Notes under the pieces: model-generated | The model's database searches: none | Told to the model about the DNA's origin: nothing | Seen by the model: the letters and a program-made list of their open reading frames with translations, nothing else | Made by a program: the position numbers and the translations under genes | Part shown: positions 1 through 8,980 of the stretch, piece after piece | Numbering within the stretch: the first letter of the stretch is position 1 | Layout: each line of letters starts with the position of its first letter | From: Chloroflexota bacterium | GTDB taxonomy: Bacteria; Chloroflexota; Limnocylindria; P2-11E | Assembly: GCA_005887995.1 (NCBI GenBank) | Contig: VBJD01000029.1 | Span: 3,326-67,325, forward strand | Length of the DNA: 64,000 bases | Direction of reading: 5' to 3'

Positions 1-2559
1 GCCGCGCTTCCCGCCGAGCTCGTGTCACTGCGCGAGCGGCGCGAGCGCATCGATGCCGAGGCAGCGGAAGCGGCGCGTCGGGCGCGCGAGTCCGCGGACG
101 CGGCCCGCGTCGCGGAAGAGGACGCGTCGCGCACACGCGTCGCTCTCGCGGAAGCGCGCGCCGCGCGGGTCGAGGCCGAGCGCGCGCACCTGCTACGCGA
201 GAGCGATGAGGTCCGCCTCGCAGATGAGGAGCGTTCGCTGCTCGCGCGCGACGATGAGCTCGCGAAAGCGAACGGCGACCTCAACCGCGAGCGCGCGGAA
301 CGCGAGCGTGAGCGCGCGCGCCTGGCGACGGAGATCGACCGTGCGCGCGAGACCGTGGCCGCTTCGGCCCGCGCGACCGAGTCAGCGGCCGAGCGCGCAG
401 GCGCCGCGCGGAACGAGCTGCAGCGCATCGATGGCGATCTCGCGCTGCTGCGCGGACAGACCGCCGCGCTTCGCGAGGCCGCCGAGCGCGCCGAGTCGGA
501 GCTCGTGGCGCGCGATGCCGGCGCGGCGCGGCCGTCGTTGCCCAAGGGCGTCAGCTGGCTCCATGAGCGCATCGCGATCCCGACCGAAGTGAACGCGGCG
601 CTCGGCGAGCACATCGGTGTCGTCGACTCGAAGGACGCGCGCGACGCCGCGACACCGAAGGGCACGCGTCGCATCGCGGAGGGAGTTGCCGTGTTCCTCG
701 CGGCAGACGACGCGACGGCGATCGACGCCGCTGCGCGTCTCCGCACCGGCGTCGTCATATCACCGACGGGCATGCTCGTGCTGCCGGGGCTCGTCAGGCC
801 CGCCGATCCACGCCGCAAAGCGGACCAGGACGCCCGCGCGCAGCTTCGCGGCATGGCCGCGCGGCTCCGTGAGGAGCTCGCCTCGTCGGAGCGCGCGCTG
901 GCCGAGCTGCAGACCGAACGGGCCGCAGCTGAAGACCGACTGGCCGAGCTGGACGAGCGCCTGAGCGCCGCGCAACGCGCGCGCGGCGATGCCGAGCGCG
1001 TCGTCGACGCGCTCCTCAGTGATGACGCCGACGTTCGCGACCTCGTTCGCGTGACCGACGCGCGGGCTGCATCGATCGAGCGCGAGCGCGCGGAGATACG
1101 CGAACGGCGCGAGCGCCTCGCCACGGACCGTGGCGCGGCGAAATTCGCGCGCGCGAAGGCCGCGGATACCTTCGCGTCGACGGAACGGGCCGAGCAGAGC
1201 GCGAACGACGCGCACGGCGAGACGACGCGCCGTGCCGAGGCCGCGCGTCTCGACGCCGCGACGAGCGAGGAACGGCGGTCGTCGCTCGTGCGGCTGCGCG
1301 ACACGCTCGACGAGCAGGTCGGCGCGACCGAGAAGCGCATTGCCGACGATGAGGACCGCCTCCGCGCCCTCGCATCGCGGGAGCGCGAAGCGCGAGCACG
1401 TCTGGACGCGGCGCAGTCCGACCTCGGGCGCGCCGCCGCGAACGCACGGGAGGCCGAGCGAACCGCCGAACTCGCGCGCCAGCGTGCCCTTGCCGCGGAA
1501 GGTTCGCGCCGTGAGTCGGAGCAGCGGCTCGCCAAAGCACGGGAACGTCTCGCGGAGCTGCGCGGCGAGCGCGGCAAACTCGCGGTCGAGGAGGAGCGCG
1601 CGGCGGGCGCGCTGCGCCTGCTCGCGGAGCAGGTGCGCGCCGAGCTCGCGCGCCAGCGCGCCCTTGCCGCGGAAGGTTCGCGCCGTGAGTCCGAGCAGCG
1701 GCTCGCCAAAGCACGGGAACGTCTCGCGGAGCTGCGCGGCGAGCGCGGCAAACTCGCGGTCGAGGAGGAGCGCGCGGCGGGCGCGCTGCGCCTGCTCGCG
1801 GAGCAGGTGCGCGCCGAGCTCGGCCTGCCCGAGGATGAGCCGCTGCCCGACCCGACCACCCTCGAGCTCGAGGACGAAGGCGATGAGAAAGATCGCGGCA
1901 GCACGCTCGCTGCGCTCACGCGGCTGCGTCGCCGACTTATCGCGCTCGAGCCCGTGAATCCGCTCGCCGCGACCGAGCTCGCTGAGATCGGGCAGCGTCA
2001 CGACTTCCTCGCCACGCAGAAGACCGATCTTGAGCGGGCCATGGCCGACCTGCGCACGCTGGCCGACGAGCTCGCGGCGACCATCGCGGAGCAGTTCAGC
2101 ACGACGCTCATGGCCGTCGATCGCGAGTTCGGCGTCTTCTTCCAGCGGCTCTTCAACGGTGGGCAGGCGAGCCTGCGCATCTCCGATGATCCGGAGGAGG
2201 CGGGCATCGACATCTATGCGCGGCCGCCGGGTAAGCGCATCGGCTCGCTCGCGCAACTGTCCGGCGGCGAGCGCGCGCTCACCGCGACCGCGCTTCTCCT
2301 CGCGATCCTCCGCGTGAAGCCCGCGCCGTTCTGTGTCCTCGACGAGGTCGATGCCGCGCTCGACGAGCGGAATGTCGGTCGGTTCACCCAGGCGCTGCGC
2401 GAGCTCACGGACCGTACGCAGTTCGTCGTCATCACGCACAACCGCGGGACGATCGAAGCCGCCGACATGCTCTACGGCGTGTCGATGGACGACGCCGGCG
2501 TCTCGAAGGTGATCTCGCTCAAGCTTTCCGAGCTCGACGAGCGCGTGCGCGCGGGCTAG
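1..2559 (+). CDS. smc: Chromosome partition protein SMC, hinge-distal coiled coil plus C-terminal ATPase head (5' end outside window)
   Basis: Frame is open from nt 1. Long Ala/Arg/Glu coiled-coil sequence, then the ABC signature 'LSGGERALTA' and Walker B/D-loop 'FCVLDEVDAALD'. ftsY lies downstream, as in many bacteria. Confidence 0.9.
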   Translation, partial: AALPAELVSLRERRERIDAEAAEAARRARESADAARVAEEDASRTRVALAEARAARVEAERAHLLRESDEVRLADEERSLLARDDELAKANGDLNRERAERERERARLATEIDRARETVAASARATESAAERAGAARNELQRIDGDLALLRGQTAALREAAERAESELVARDAGAARPSLPKGVSWLHERIAIPTEVNAALGEHIGVVDSKDARDAATPKGTRRIAEGVAVFLAADDATAIDAAARLRTGVVISPTGMLVLPGLVRPADPRRKADQDARAQLRGMAARLREELASSERALAELQTERAAAEDRLAELDERLSAAQRARGDAERVVDALLSDDADVRDLVRVTDARAASIERERAEIRERRERLATDRGAAKFARAKAADTFASTERAEQSANDAHGETTRRAEAARLDAATSEERRSSLVRLRDTLDEQVGATEKRIADDEDRLRALASREREARARLDAAQSDLGRAAANAREAERTAELARQRALAAEGSRRESEQRLAKARERLAELRGERGKLAVEEERAAGALRLLAEQVRAELARQRALAAEGSRRESEQRLAKARERLAELRGERGKLAVEEERAAGALRLLAEQVRAELGLPEDEPLPDPTTLELEDEGDEKDRGSTLAALTRLRRRLIALEPVNPLAATELAEIGQRHDFLATQKTDLERAMADLRTLADELAATIAEQFSTTLMAVDREFGVFFQRLFNGGQASLRISDDPEEAGIDIYARPPGKRIGSLAQLSGGERALTATALLLAILRVKPAPFCVLDEVDAALDERNVGRFTQALRELTDRTQFVVITHNRGTIEAADMLYGVSMDDAGVSKVISLKLSELDERVRAG
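1468..1818 (+). repeat. In-frame tandem duplication (2 x 174 bp = 2 x 58 aa) inside the smc coiled-coil region
   Basis: Direct comparison of 1471-1644 with 1645-1818 shows only cgt/cgc and tcg/tcc differences, plus gaa/gag at the boundary codon. All are synonymous third-position changes. The peptide ELARQRALAAEGSRRESEQRLAKARERLAELRGERGKLAVEEERAAGALRLLAEQVRA occurs twice. Confidence 0.95.
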
Positions 2560-2565
2560 CGCGAA

Positions 2566-2940
2566 TTGCGCTGGCGCAGCGCCGCGCTCGGCGTCGCGTG
2601 GCTCTGCGCGGCAGGGTGGGGCATTTACTACCTCGTCGTGGTCGGCCGCACGAACGAGGCGTACATCGCCGACGCGGTCTTGCACTTCATCATCGGATAC
2701 GCCTGGGCGCGCGCGATCATGCAGCCGCAGTACACGATGGTCTTCGCGCTCATCGCGATCTTCCTCTCCGGCGCGTACACGAGACTCGCGATCGGCATGG
2801 GGACGGCGGAGATCTACTTCGCCTGGGCCGGACCGCTCGCTGCGTTCGCGCTCGCTGATCGAACGACGTTTCGGACGATCGCGTACTCGATCAGCGCGTT
2901 CGCACTCGGCGTCATCGCGTTCCTCTGGCTCAACCCCTAG
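2566..2940 (+). CDS. Small integral membrane protein (about 4 TM), unknown function
   Basis: 124-aa ORF with four hydrophobic segments, filling the gap between smc and ftsY. No recognisable motif. TTG start. Confidence 0.55.
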   Translation: MRWRSAALGVAWLCAAGWGIYYLVVVGRTNEAYIADAVLHFIIGYAWARAIMQPQYTMVFALIAIFLSGAYTRLAIGMGTAEIYFAWAGPLAAFALADRTTFRTIAYSISAFALGVIAFLWLNP

Positions 2941-2950
2941 CGTTCATCTC

Positions 2951-3853
2951 GTGAGCCTGTCGGATGGCCTTGCGAAGACGCGAGGTGGATTTCTCTCGCG
3001 ACTCTTCGGTCGCAAGGCCGAGGAGCCGATCACGCCAGAGTTCCTCGACGAGCTCGAGGAGGCGCTGCTCCGCGCGGATCTGTCGGTCTCTCTCGTCGAT
3101 CCCCTCATGGCGCAGGTGCGCGATCTCGCGTCAACAGGCGAACTGAAGACCGTACCGAAAGCGCTCGACGCGGTTCGCGAGGTGCTCGTCGCGGAGCTCA
3201 CGAAGCAGGACGCGTCGCTGCGGTCGGGCGGGAAGCCGCGCGTCATTCTCGTCGTCGGAGTGAACGGCAGCGGCAAGACGACGACCGCGGCGAAGCTCGC
3301 GAAGCGGCTGCGGGACGCGGGCGAGTCCCCCTTGCTCGTCGCCGCCGACACGTTCCGCGCTGCGGCGATCGAGCAACTCGAGACGTGGGCGTCGCGGCTC
3401 GACATCCCGATCGTGTCGGGTCGCCCCGACGGCGATCCGGCGGCCGTGGTGTTCGACGCCATCAACGCCGCGAACGCGCGGGGCAACAGCACGGTCATCG
3501 CTGACACCGCGGGGCGGCTACACACGAAGGGTCACCTCATGGATGAGCTTGGGAAGATCGTCCGCGTGACCGGTCGCGCGCGCGAGGGAGCGCCGGACGA
3601 GGTGCTCCTCGTACTTGACGGCACGGCGGGGCAGAACGCGATCCAGCAGGCGCGTCAGTTCACGAAGGACGCGAACGTGACAGGTCTCGTCATCACGAAA
3701 CTCGACGGAACGGCCAAAGGTGGCGCCGTTTTCGCGATCGTCCACGAGCTCGGCCTGCCGGTGAAATACCTCGGTGTCGGCGAGAAGGCCGACGACCTCG
3801 TACCGATGGACGCGCGCGCGTTCGTCGACGCTCTACTGCCTCGCGCCGCCTAA
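2951..3853 (+). CDS. ftsY: Signal recognition particle receptor FtsY (short form)
   Basis: SRP-GTPase NG domain with G1 'GVNGSGKTTTAAKLA', 'DTAGR' and 'TKLDGTAKGG'. N-terminus 'MSLSDGLAKTRGGFLSRLFG' is typical of FtsY. Confidence 0.95.
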   Translation: MSLSDGLAKTRGGFLSRLFGRKAEEPITPEFLDELEEALLRADLSVSLVDPLMAQVRDLASTGELKTVPKALDAVREVLVAELTKQDASLRSGGKPRVILVVGVNGSGKTTTAAKLAKRLRDAGESPLLVAADTFRAAAIEQLETWASRLDIPIVSGRPDGDPAAVVFDAINAANARGNSTVIADTAGRLHTKGHLMDELGKIVRVTGRAREGAPDEVLLVLDGTAGQNAIQQARQFTKDANVTGLVITKLDGTAKGGAVFAIVHELGLPVKYLGVGEKADDLVPMDARAFVDALLPRAA

Positions 3854-3882
3854 TCCCGCGCGGGTGCGCGTAGTCTTCTCGC

Positions 3883-4662
3883 GTGGCCATCGTTCGACTT
3901 CGACCCGATGATCTGAAGCGCGCGATCGCGAGCGATTCGCTCTCGCTGCAGTTCCAACCGCAGGTGCACGCGCCGACAGGAAAGCTCGTCGGCGTCGAGG
4001 CGTTCGTGCGCTGGCCGCATCCCGCGTACGGAATGATCGGGCCGAGCGACATCATCCCGCTCGTCGAACAGGGTCGCTTTCATCTCGACTTCGATCGCTG
4101 GGTCGTGAACGCGCTCTGTGAGCAGGTCCGTAAGTGGGATGGCGAGGGATTCGACGTGCCGATCGTCGCCGCGAACCTGTGGGCGCAGACCCTGCGCTCG
4201 GGCAAGGCCGTTGACATGTTGCGCGAGCGCATCCTGGCCGCCGGCGTGAGCCCGAAGACGATCGAGATCGAGTGCCCGCGCGGCACGCTCGCGGACAAGA
4301 AGCTCGCCGAGACCGCGCGCCGCCTGCGAGTGCTCGGGGTGCGGACCGCATCCGAAGAGTTCGGCGACACGTTCGTCGCGGGCGCCGCGGTCGACTTCGA
4401 CACGCTGAAGATCGGCTATCCGCTCGCGCGCGATCTCCTCGTCGCCGGTTCGTCCGCCGGCGCGGCCGTCGCGGCCATCGTGGCCGCGGCACGCACGGTG
4501 AACGCCCGTGTCGTCGCGGACAGCGTGGAGTCGGCCGAACAGGAGGCCGCGCTCGTCGCCGCTGGATGCGACATCGTCCAGGGATACCTCTACGGCCCGG
4601 AAGTCTCCGCGGCCGAGCTTCGGACGCTCGCGTCCGCAGGAGCGAAGCGCGTCCCCGCTTGA
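3883..4662 (+). CDS. Stand-alone EAL-domain protein with degenerate catalytic motifs
   Basis: EAL-family landmarks appear in order: 'QFQPQV', 'GVEAFVRW', 'ANLW', 'IEIEC', 'EEFGDT' (for DDFGTG), 'KIG' (for K-x-D), 'DSVES' (for EGVET) and 'QGYLYG'. Confidence 0.8.
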   Translation: MAIVRLRPDDLKRAIASDSLSLQFQPQVHAPTGKLVGVEAFVRWPHPAYGMIGPSDIIPLVEQGRFHLDFDRWVVNALCEQVRKWDGEGFDVPIVAANLWAQTLRSGKAVDMLRERILAAGVSPKTIEIECPRGTLADKKLAETARRLRVLGVRTASEEFGDTFVAGAAVDFDTLKIGYPLARDLLVAGSSAGAAVAAIVAAARTVNARVVADSVESAEQEAALVAAGCDIVQGYLYGPEVSAAELRTLASAGAKRVPA

Positions 4663-5483
4663 CCGGGACCGGGCCGTCTTCGCCATTGTCTAGCGAACCC
4701 CGCAGCCCGTTCCCAGCGTCCGATCTGCGGCGCGCGCTGCTCGGCGAGCTGCGCCTCGTCTACCACGCGCAGGTCGACATGCGGAGCGGCAAGGTCGCCG
4801 GCGTCGAATCGCTCATCCGCTGGCAGCATCCGGAGCGCGGGCTCATGCACGCCGTCCCCTTCGTCCACGACGTCGCAGCTCACGGTCTCGCACCGGACTT
4901 CATGCGGTGGATCCTCGTGACGGCGACGAGGCAGCTCGCCGAATGGCGGCGCCGTGGGATGACGATGCCGCGTATCTCGGTGAACGCGTGGCCCGTGACC
5001 ATCGGACGCGAGCTGCGCGACGATGCGCTGGCCGCGGTGCGCGACGCGGGCCTCGCGCCAAGGGACCTCGAGCTGGAGATGCAGCCCGAAACGTCGTTCG
5101 AGCCGAAGACGCTGGACGCGCTGCGCGAGATGCGCGCGTCGGGCCTGCGCATCGCGCTGGACGATTTCGGCGACGGTGATCTCCGATACCTGTGGCTGCG
5201 CGAGGCGCCGTTCGACACAGTCAAGCTCGGGGTGAGCTTCGTGCTGCGATCGGCAACGGCGTTCGACGACGCGGTGATCGCCGCAGCCGTCGCGCTCGCG
5301 AAGACGATCGGTGCGGTCACCGTCGCGGAAGGCGTCGAGACCGTCGCGACACGCGACCGCGTGCGCGCGCTCGGCGTCGACATCGGACAGGGCTTCCTGT
5401 GGGCGCGGATGATCTCCGGCGACCAGGTGCCGGCGGCGGTCGCGCGCATCGGCATCGACGGGGTGACCGCCGTCACGCCCTAG
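4659..5483 (+). CDS. Stand-alone EAL-domain protein (second paralogue)
   Basis: Motifs 'YHAQVD', 'GVESLIRW', 'SVNAW', 'LELEM', 'LDDFGDGD', 'KLG', 'AEGVET' and 'QGFLW'. A TTG at 4659 overlaps the upstream stop (TTGA); TTG at 4686 is an alternative. The listed ORF start at 4272 is an out-of-frame overlap artefact. Confidence 0.75.
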   Translation: MTGTGPSSPLSSEPRSPFPASDLRRALLGELRLVYHAQVDMRSGKVAGVESLIRWQHPERGLMHAVPFVHDVAAHGLAPDFMRWILVTATRQLAEWRRRGMTMPRISVNAWPVTIGRELRDDALAAVRDAGLAPRDLELEMQPETSFEPKTLDALREMRASGLRIALDDFGDGDLRYLWLREAPFDTVKLGVSFVLRSATAFDDAVIAAAVALAKTIGAVTVAEGVETVATRDRVRALGVDIGQGFLWARMISGDQVPAAVARIGIDGVTAVTP

Positions 5484-5492
5484 CCTGTAGTC

Positions 5493-6836
5493 GTGTTCGA
5501 GCAGCTCTCCGACAAGCTGAACGTCACCTTCGAGCGCCTGCGCGGCCGGCCGCGGGTTTCCGAGGCCGACCTCGAGGAGGCGCTGCGCGACGTGCGCGTC
5601 GCGCTCCTCGAGGCGGACGTGAATCTCAAGGTCGTGCGGCAGCTCATCGCGACGGTGCGCGAGCGCGCGCTCGGCGAGAAGGTGCTCGAGTCGATCACCG
5701 GCGCGCAGCAGGTCGTGAAGATCGTGCACGACGCGCTCGTCGAGATGCTGGGCGGCGAGGCCGCGCCGATCGAGCGCGCGGCGACACCGCCGACCGTCGT
5801 CCTCCTCGTCGGTCTGCAGGGCTCGGGGAAGACGACCACAGCGGGCAAGCTCGCGAACACGCTGCGCAAGCAGGGCCGCCATCCGCTGCTCGTCGCCGCC
5901 GACGTGCACCGACCTGCGGCGATCGATCAGCTGCGTGCCCTCGGCAAGCAGCTCGGGATCCCCGTCACCGAAGTGAACGCCTCCCGAGTGGCGTCCGACG
6001 TCGCGGCCGCGATCGCCGCCGCGCCGGCTCAGGCGAGGGATACCGTGATCGTCGACACCGCCGGCCGACTGCACATCGACGACGAGATGATGAAAGAGGT
6101 CGAGGCCGTCGTCGCCGCGGCGAAGCCGCACGAGGTGCTGCTCGTCGTCGATGCGATGACCGGACAGGATGCGGTCGAGGCGGCAAGCGCGTTCAAAGCG
6201 CGTCTGCCGATCAGCGGTCTCGTGCTGACGAAGGTCGATAGCGACGCGCGGGGCGGCGCGAGCCTCTCGATCCGCGCGGCGACGGGCATCCCGGTGAAGC
6301 TCCTCGGCGTCGGCGAGAAGCTCGACGCACTCGAGGTCTTCCATCCCGATCGGCTCGCGCAGCGCATCCTCGGGATGGGCGATGTGCTCACGCTCGTCGA
6401 GAAGGCGCAGGAGGCCGTCGATCGCAAGACGGCTGAGGAGCAGACGAAGAAGCTCCTCGAGGCGCGATTCACGTTCGAGGATTTTTACGCGACGCTGCAG
6501 CAGGTGAAGCGCATGGGTCCGATCGGCGATCTCATGAAGATGATCCCGGGCATGGGCGCGGTCGCGAAGCAGCTGCCGACGGGTCCGGAGGCTGAGGCGC
6601 AGATGAAGCGTATCGAAGCGATGATCTCGTCGATGACGCGCGCCGAGCGCGTCGACCCGACGATCATCAACGGCTCGCGCCGCCGCCGGATCGCCGCGGG
6701 CTCGGGCACGACGGTGACCGAGGTGAACCAGCTGATCAAGCAGTTCGCCGAGATGCAGAAGCTCATGAAGCAGATGGGTGGTCTCGCGAAGAGCGGCCGG
6801 CTCCCGCGTATCCCCGGCATGCCCATGCCACGGTAG
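5493..6836 (+). CDS. ffh: Signal recognition particle protein Ffh
   Basis: 'MFEQLSDKL' N-terminus, G domain 'GLQGSGKTTTAGKLA', 'DTAGR' and 'TKVDSDARGG', and a Met-rich M domain ('MGPIGDLMKMIPGMG'). Confidence 0.97.
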   Translation: MFEQLSDKLNVTFERLRGRPRVSEADLEEALRDVRVALLEADVNLKVVRQLIATVRERALGEKVLESITGAQQVVKIVHDALVEMLGGEAAPIERAATPPTVVLLVGLQGSGKTTTAGKLANTLRKQGRHPLLVAADVHRPAAIDQLRALGKQLGIPVTEVNASRVASDVAAAIAAAPAQARDTVIVDTAGRLHIDDEMMKEVEAVVAAAKPHEVLLVVDAMTGQDAVEAASAFKARLPISGLVLTKVDSDARGGASLSIRAATGIPVKLLGVGEKLDALEVFHPDRLAQRILGMGDVLTLVEKAQEAVDRKTAEEQTKKLLEARFTFEDFYATLQQVKRMGPIGDLMKMIPGMGAVAKQLPTGPEAEAQMKRIEAMISSMTRAERVDPTIINGSRRRRIAAGSGTTVTEVNQLIKQFAEMQKLMKQMGGLAKSGRLPRIPGMPMPR

Positions 6837-6896
6837 TCCGGTACACTTAACGGTCGACCGCGCGTTTCACTCATTGTTTGGAGGATCACCGAAGAC

Positions 6897-7166
6897 TTGG
6901 CTGTTCACATCCGCCTGCGCCGCGTCGGCAAGACGAAGGCCCCCACGTACCGGGTCGTCATCGCCGATTCGCGCGCGCCGCGCAATGGCAAGTTCATCGA
7001 GTCCATCGGTCACTACAACCCGCGCACCGAGCCCGTCGACCTCGTCGTCAACGCGGACCGCGCGCGCCATTGGATCAAGAACGGCGCGCGCCCGACCGCG
7101 ACCGCGCGGATGCTTCTCGTTCGCAGCGGCATCCCCGAGGCCGAGGTCCCGCCGGCCGCCCGTTGA
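6897..7166 (+). CDS. rpsP: 30S ribosomal protein S16
   Basis: 'MAVHIRLRRVGKTKAPTYRVVIADSRAPRNGKFIE.IGHYNP' matches the S16 pattern. GGAGGA lies upstream of a TTG start. Confidence 0.95.
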   Translation: MAVHIRLRRVGKTKAPTYRVVIADSRAPRNGKFIESIGHYNPRTEPVDLVVNADRARHWIKNGARPTATARMLLVRSGIPEAEVPPAAR

Positions 7167-7173
7167 GCCGCGC

Positions 7174-7428
7174 ATGACCGAGGCATCGAGCGCGCCGGGC
7201 AAGCGGGAGTTCGTGGAGCACGTCGCGAAGCAGCTCGTCGATGCGCCCGATGCTGTCGTCGTGACCGAGGAGCTCGACGGCGACTTCACGAAGCTGCATC
7301 TCCAGGTCGCCGAGGGTGATGTCGGCAAGGTCATCGGCCGCGGCGGCCGACTCGCGAAGGCGCTCCGCGCGCTCGTGAAGGTGATGGCGACGCGCGATGG
7401 ATCAAAGGTCAACCTCGAGATCGACTGA
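7174..7428 (+). CDS. khpA: KH-domain RNA-binding protein (UPF0109/KhpA family)
   Basis: 84-aa protein with the KH 'GKVIGRGGRLAKALRALV' motif, in the conserved position between rpsP and rimM. ATG at 7174 is in frame with the listed 6778 ORF. Confidence 0.85.
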   Translation: MTEASSAPGKREFVEHVAKQLVDAPDAVVVTEELDGDFTKLHLQVAEGDVGKVIGRGGRLAKALRALVKVMATRDGSKVNLEID

Positions 7429-7954
7429 CCCGCGTACCGCCGAAGGCGGTGGCACGGACGGCGAGACGCTCGTCGTCGGCGAGATCCGCGGACCGCACGG
7501 TGTTCGCGGTGAGGTGCGCGTCGACCCGCGGACCGACGTTCCCGATCGCTTCGCGCCTGGTGCGGTGCTGCTCTGTGACGATGTCGGGCCACTCACCGTC
7601 GAGACGGTGCGTGGCGAGCTGGGTCAGCCGATCGTGCGCTTCGAGGGCATCAATTCGCGCGAGGCGGCGGAGCGGCTGAAGGATCGGCTGCTGCGCGTCA
7701 CCCGCGAGCACTCGCGCGCGCGGATCGCGCCGGGGTCATTCCTCTGGGCCGATCTCGTCGGCATCGCCGTCGAGACGCCAGACGGGCTTCGACTCGGGAC
7801 GGTCCGCGACCTCCTGCGTGCGGGGGGCGCTGACATCCTCATCGTCGATGGCGACGGCGCCGAGCTCTTGTTGCCGATGATCGAGGGCGTCGTGCGATCG
7901 ATCGACCTCGTTGAGCGCCGCATTGTCGCCGTGCCTCAAGAGGAGCTCAAATGA
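7397..7954 (+). CDS. rimM: 16S rRNA processing protein RimM
   Basis: '[18 protein letters not shown]' N-terminal barrel and a PRC-like C-terminus, in the conserved position before trmD. The only canonical start (ATG 7397) overlaps khpA by 32 nt. Confidence 0.85.
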   Translation: MDQRSTSRSTDPRTAEGGGTDGETLVVGEIRGPHGVRGEVRVDPRTDVPDRFAPGAVLLCDDVGPLTVETVRGELGQPIVRFEGINSREAAERLKDRLLRVTREHSRARIAPGSFLWADLVGIAVETPDGLRLGTVRDLLRAGGADILIVDGDGAELLLPMIEGVVRSIDLVERRIVAVPQEELK

Positions 7955-8958
7955 CCGCGAAGCAGCTGCGCATCGATGTGCTGACCCTCTTTCCGAAGAT
8001 GTTCGAGAGCCCGTTCGCGGAGAGCATCGTGTCGCGCGCACGGCAGGCGGGGCGGCTGCAGCTCGAGATCCACGACATCCGTTCGTGGACGACCGATCGC
8101 CATCACGTCGTCGATGACGCCCCGTACGGTGGCGGAGCGGGGATGGTGCTCAAGCCCGAGCCGCTCTCGCGCGCGATCCGCGCGGTGCGCGGCGCGGACG
8201 GCCACGTCGTCCTCCTGTCGGCGCAGGGCAAGCGCTTCGATCAGGGGGCGGCGCGGCGGCTCGCGGCATTACAACACCTCGTGCTCGTGTGCGGTCATTA
8301 CGAGGGTGTGGACGAGCGCGTCATCGAGTCGGACATGGACGAGGAGCTTTCGATCGGCGACTACGTGCTGACCGGTGGCGAGCTCGGTGCGATGGTGCTC
8401 GTTGACGCGGTGACGCGGCTCGTGCCCGGTGTGATCGAAGCGGCGTCGCTCGAACACGAGTCGCACACGGAGGGCCTGCTCGAAGGTCCGCAGTACACGC
8501 GACCGCCAGAGTTCGAAGGCAAGAAGGTCCCCGCGGTCCTCGTCTCGGGCGACCACGGCGCGATCGCGAAATGGCGGCGGAGCGAGGCGATCAAGCGGAC
8601 GGCCGAAAGACGTGCCGATCTCCTCGAGCACGCGAAGCTCACGCCAGCGGAGCGCGTGCGCCTACCGCGTGACTCTGCGAAGCGCGACATCCGCGACGCG
8701 GATCTCGTCGAGGCGTATCGATCCGGCGTCGGCTCGTACCGCATCGCGGCGCGCTTCGGCATCTCGCCGGCGACCGTGCGCGCCCGGCTACGCGCGGCGG
8801 GAGTTCGACTCCGCGCGGCGCGAAGCGTCGTGCGTGGACCGAGCGCATCGGAGGTCGCGCGGATGCGCGCGACCGGGCTCACGGTGCGGCAGCTCGCGTC
8901 GCACTTCGGCGTTTCGCATGTGACGATCCTCGATCGCCTGAAGAAGGCGAAGCGTTAG
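7951..8958 (+). CDS. trmD: tRNA (guanine37-N1)-methyltransferase TrmD with an ~95-aa C-terminal double-HTH extension
   Basis: TrmD core motifs '[11 protein letters not shown]', '[18 protein letters not shown]', '[13 protein letters not shown]' and '[11 protein letters not shown]'. Residues ~240-335 add two HTH-like repeats ('[18 protein letters not shown]', '[19 protein letters not shown]'). Confidence 0.9.
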   Translation: MTAKQLRIDVLTLFPKMFESPFAESIVSRARQAGRLQLEIHDIRSWTTDRHHVVDDAPYGGGAGMVLKPEPLSRAIRAVRGADGHVVLLSAQGKRFDQGAARRLAALQHLVLVCGHYEGVDERVIESDMDEELSIGDYVLTGGELGAMVLVDAVTRLVPGVIEAASLEHESHTEGLLEGPQYTRPPEFEGKKVPAVLVSGDHGAIAKWRRSEAIKRTAERRADLLEHAKLTPAERVRLPRDSAKRDIRDADLVEAYRSGVGSYRIAARFGISPATVRARLRAAGVRLRAARSVVRGPSASEVARMRATGLTVRQLASHFGVSHVTILDRLKKAKR

Positions 8959-8980
8959 TTCTGCTAGACTCGTCTCCTTC

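Noticed and set aside
1468-1818. The tandem repeat in smc as a CRISPR-like or minisatellite array.
   Set aside because: There are only two units with no spacers. The repeat is in frame within a coiled-coil CDS, so it is a coding duplication. No CRISPR array or cas gene exists anywhere in the window.
760-2685. Very long antisense or out-of-frame ORFs, for example 760-2685(-), 4590-6344(-), 22440-23534(-), 27666-29714(+), 31638-33113(-), 35643-37295(+), 41961-43862(-) and 62244-63962(-).
   Set aside because: They overlap genes with clear family motifs in another frame. Their translations are Arg/Ala/Pro/Gly-rich low-complexity sequence, typical of stop-codon-poor frames in very GC-rich DNA. 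No motifs were recognised.
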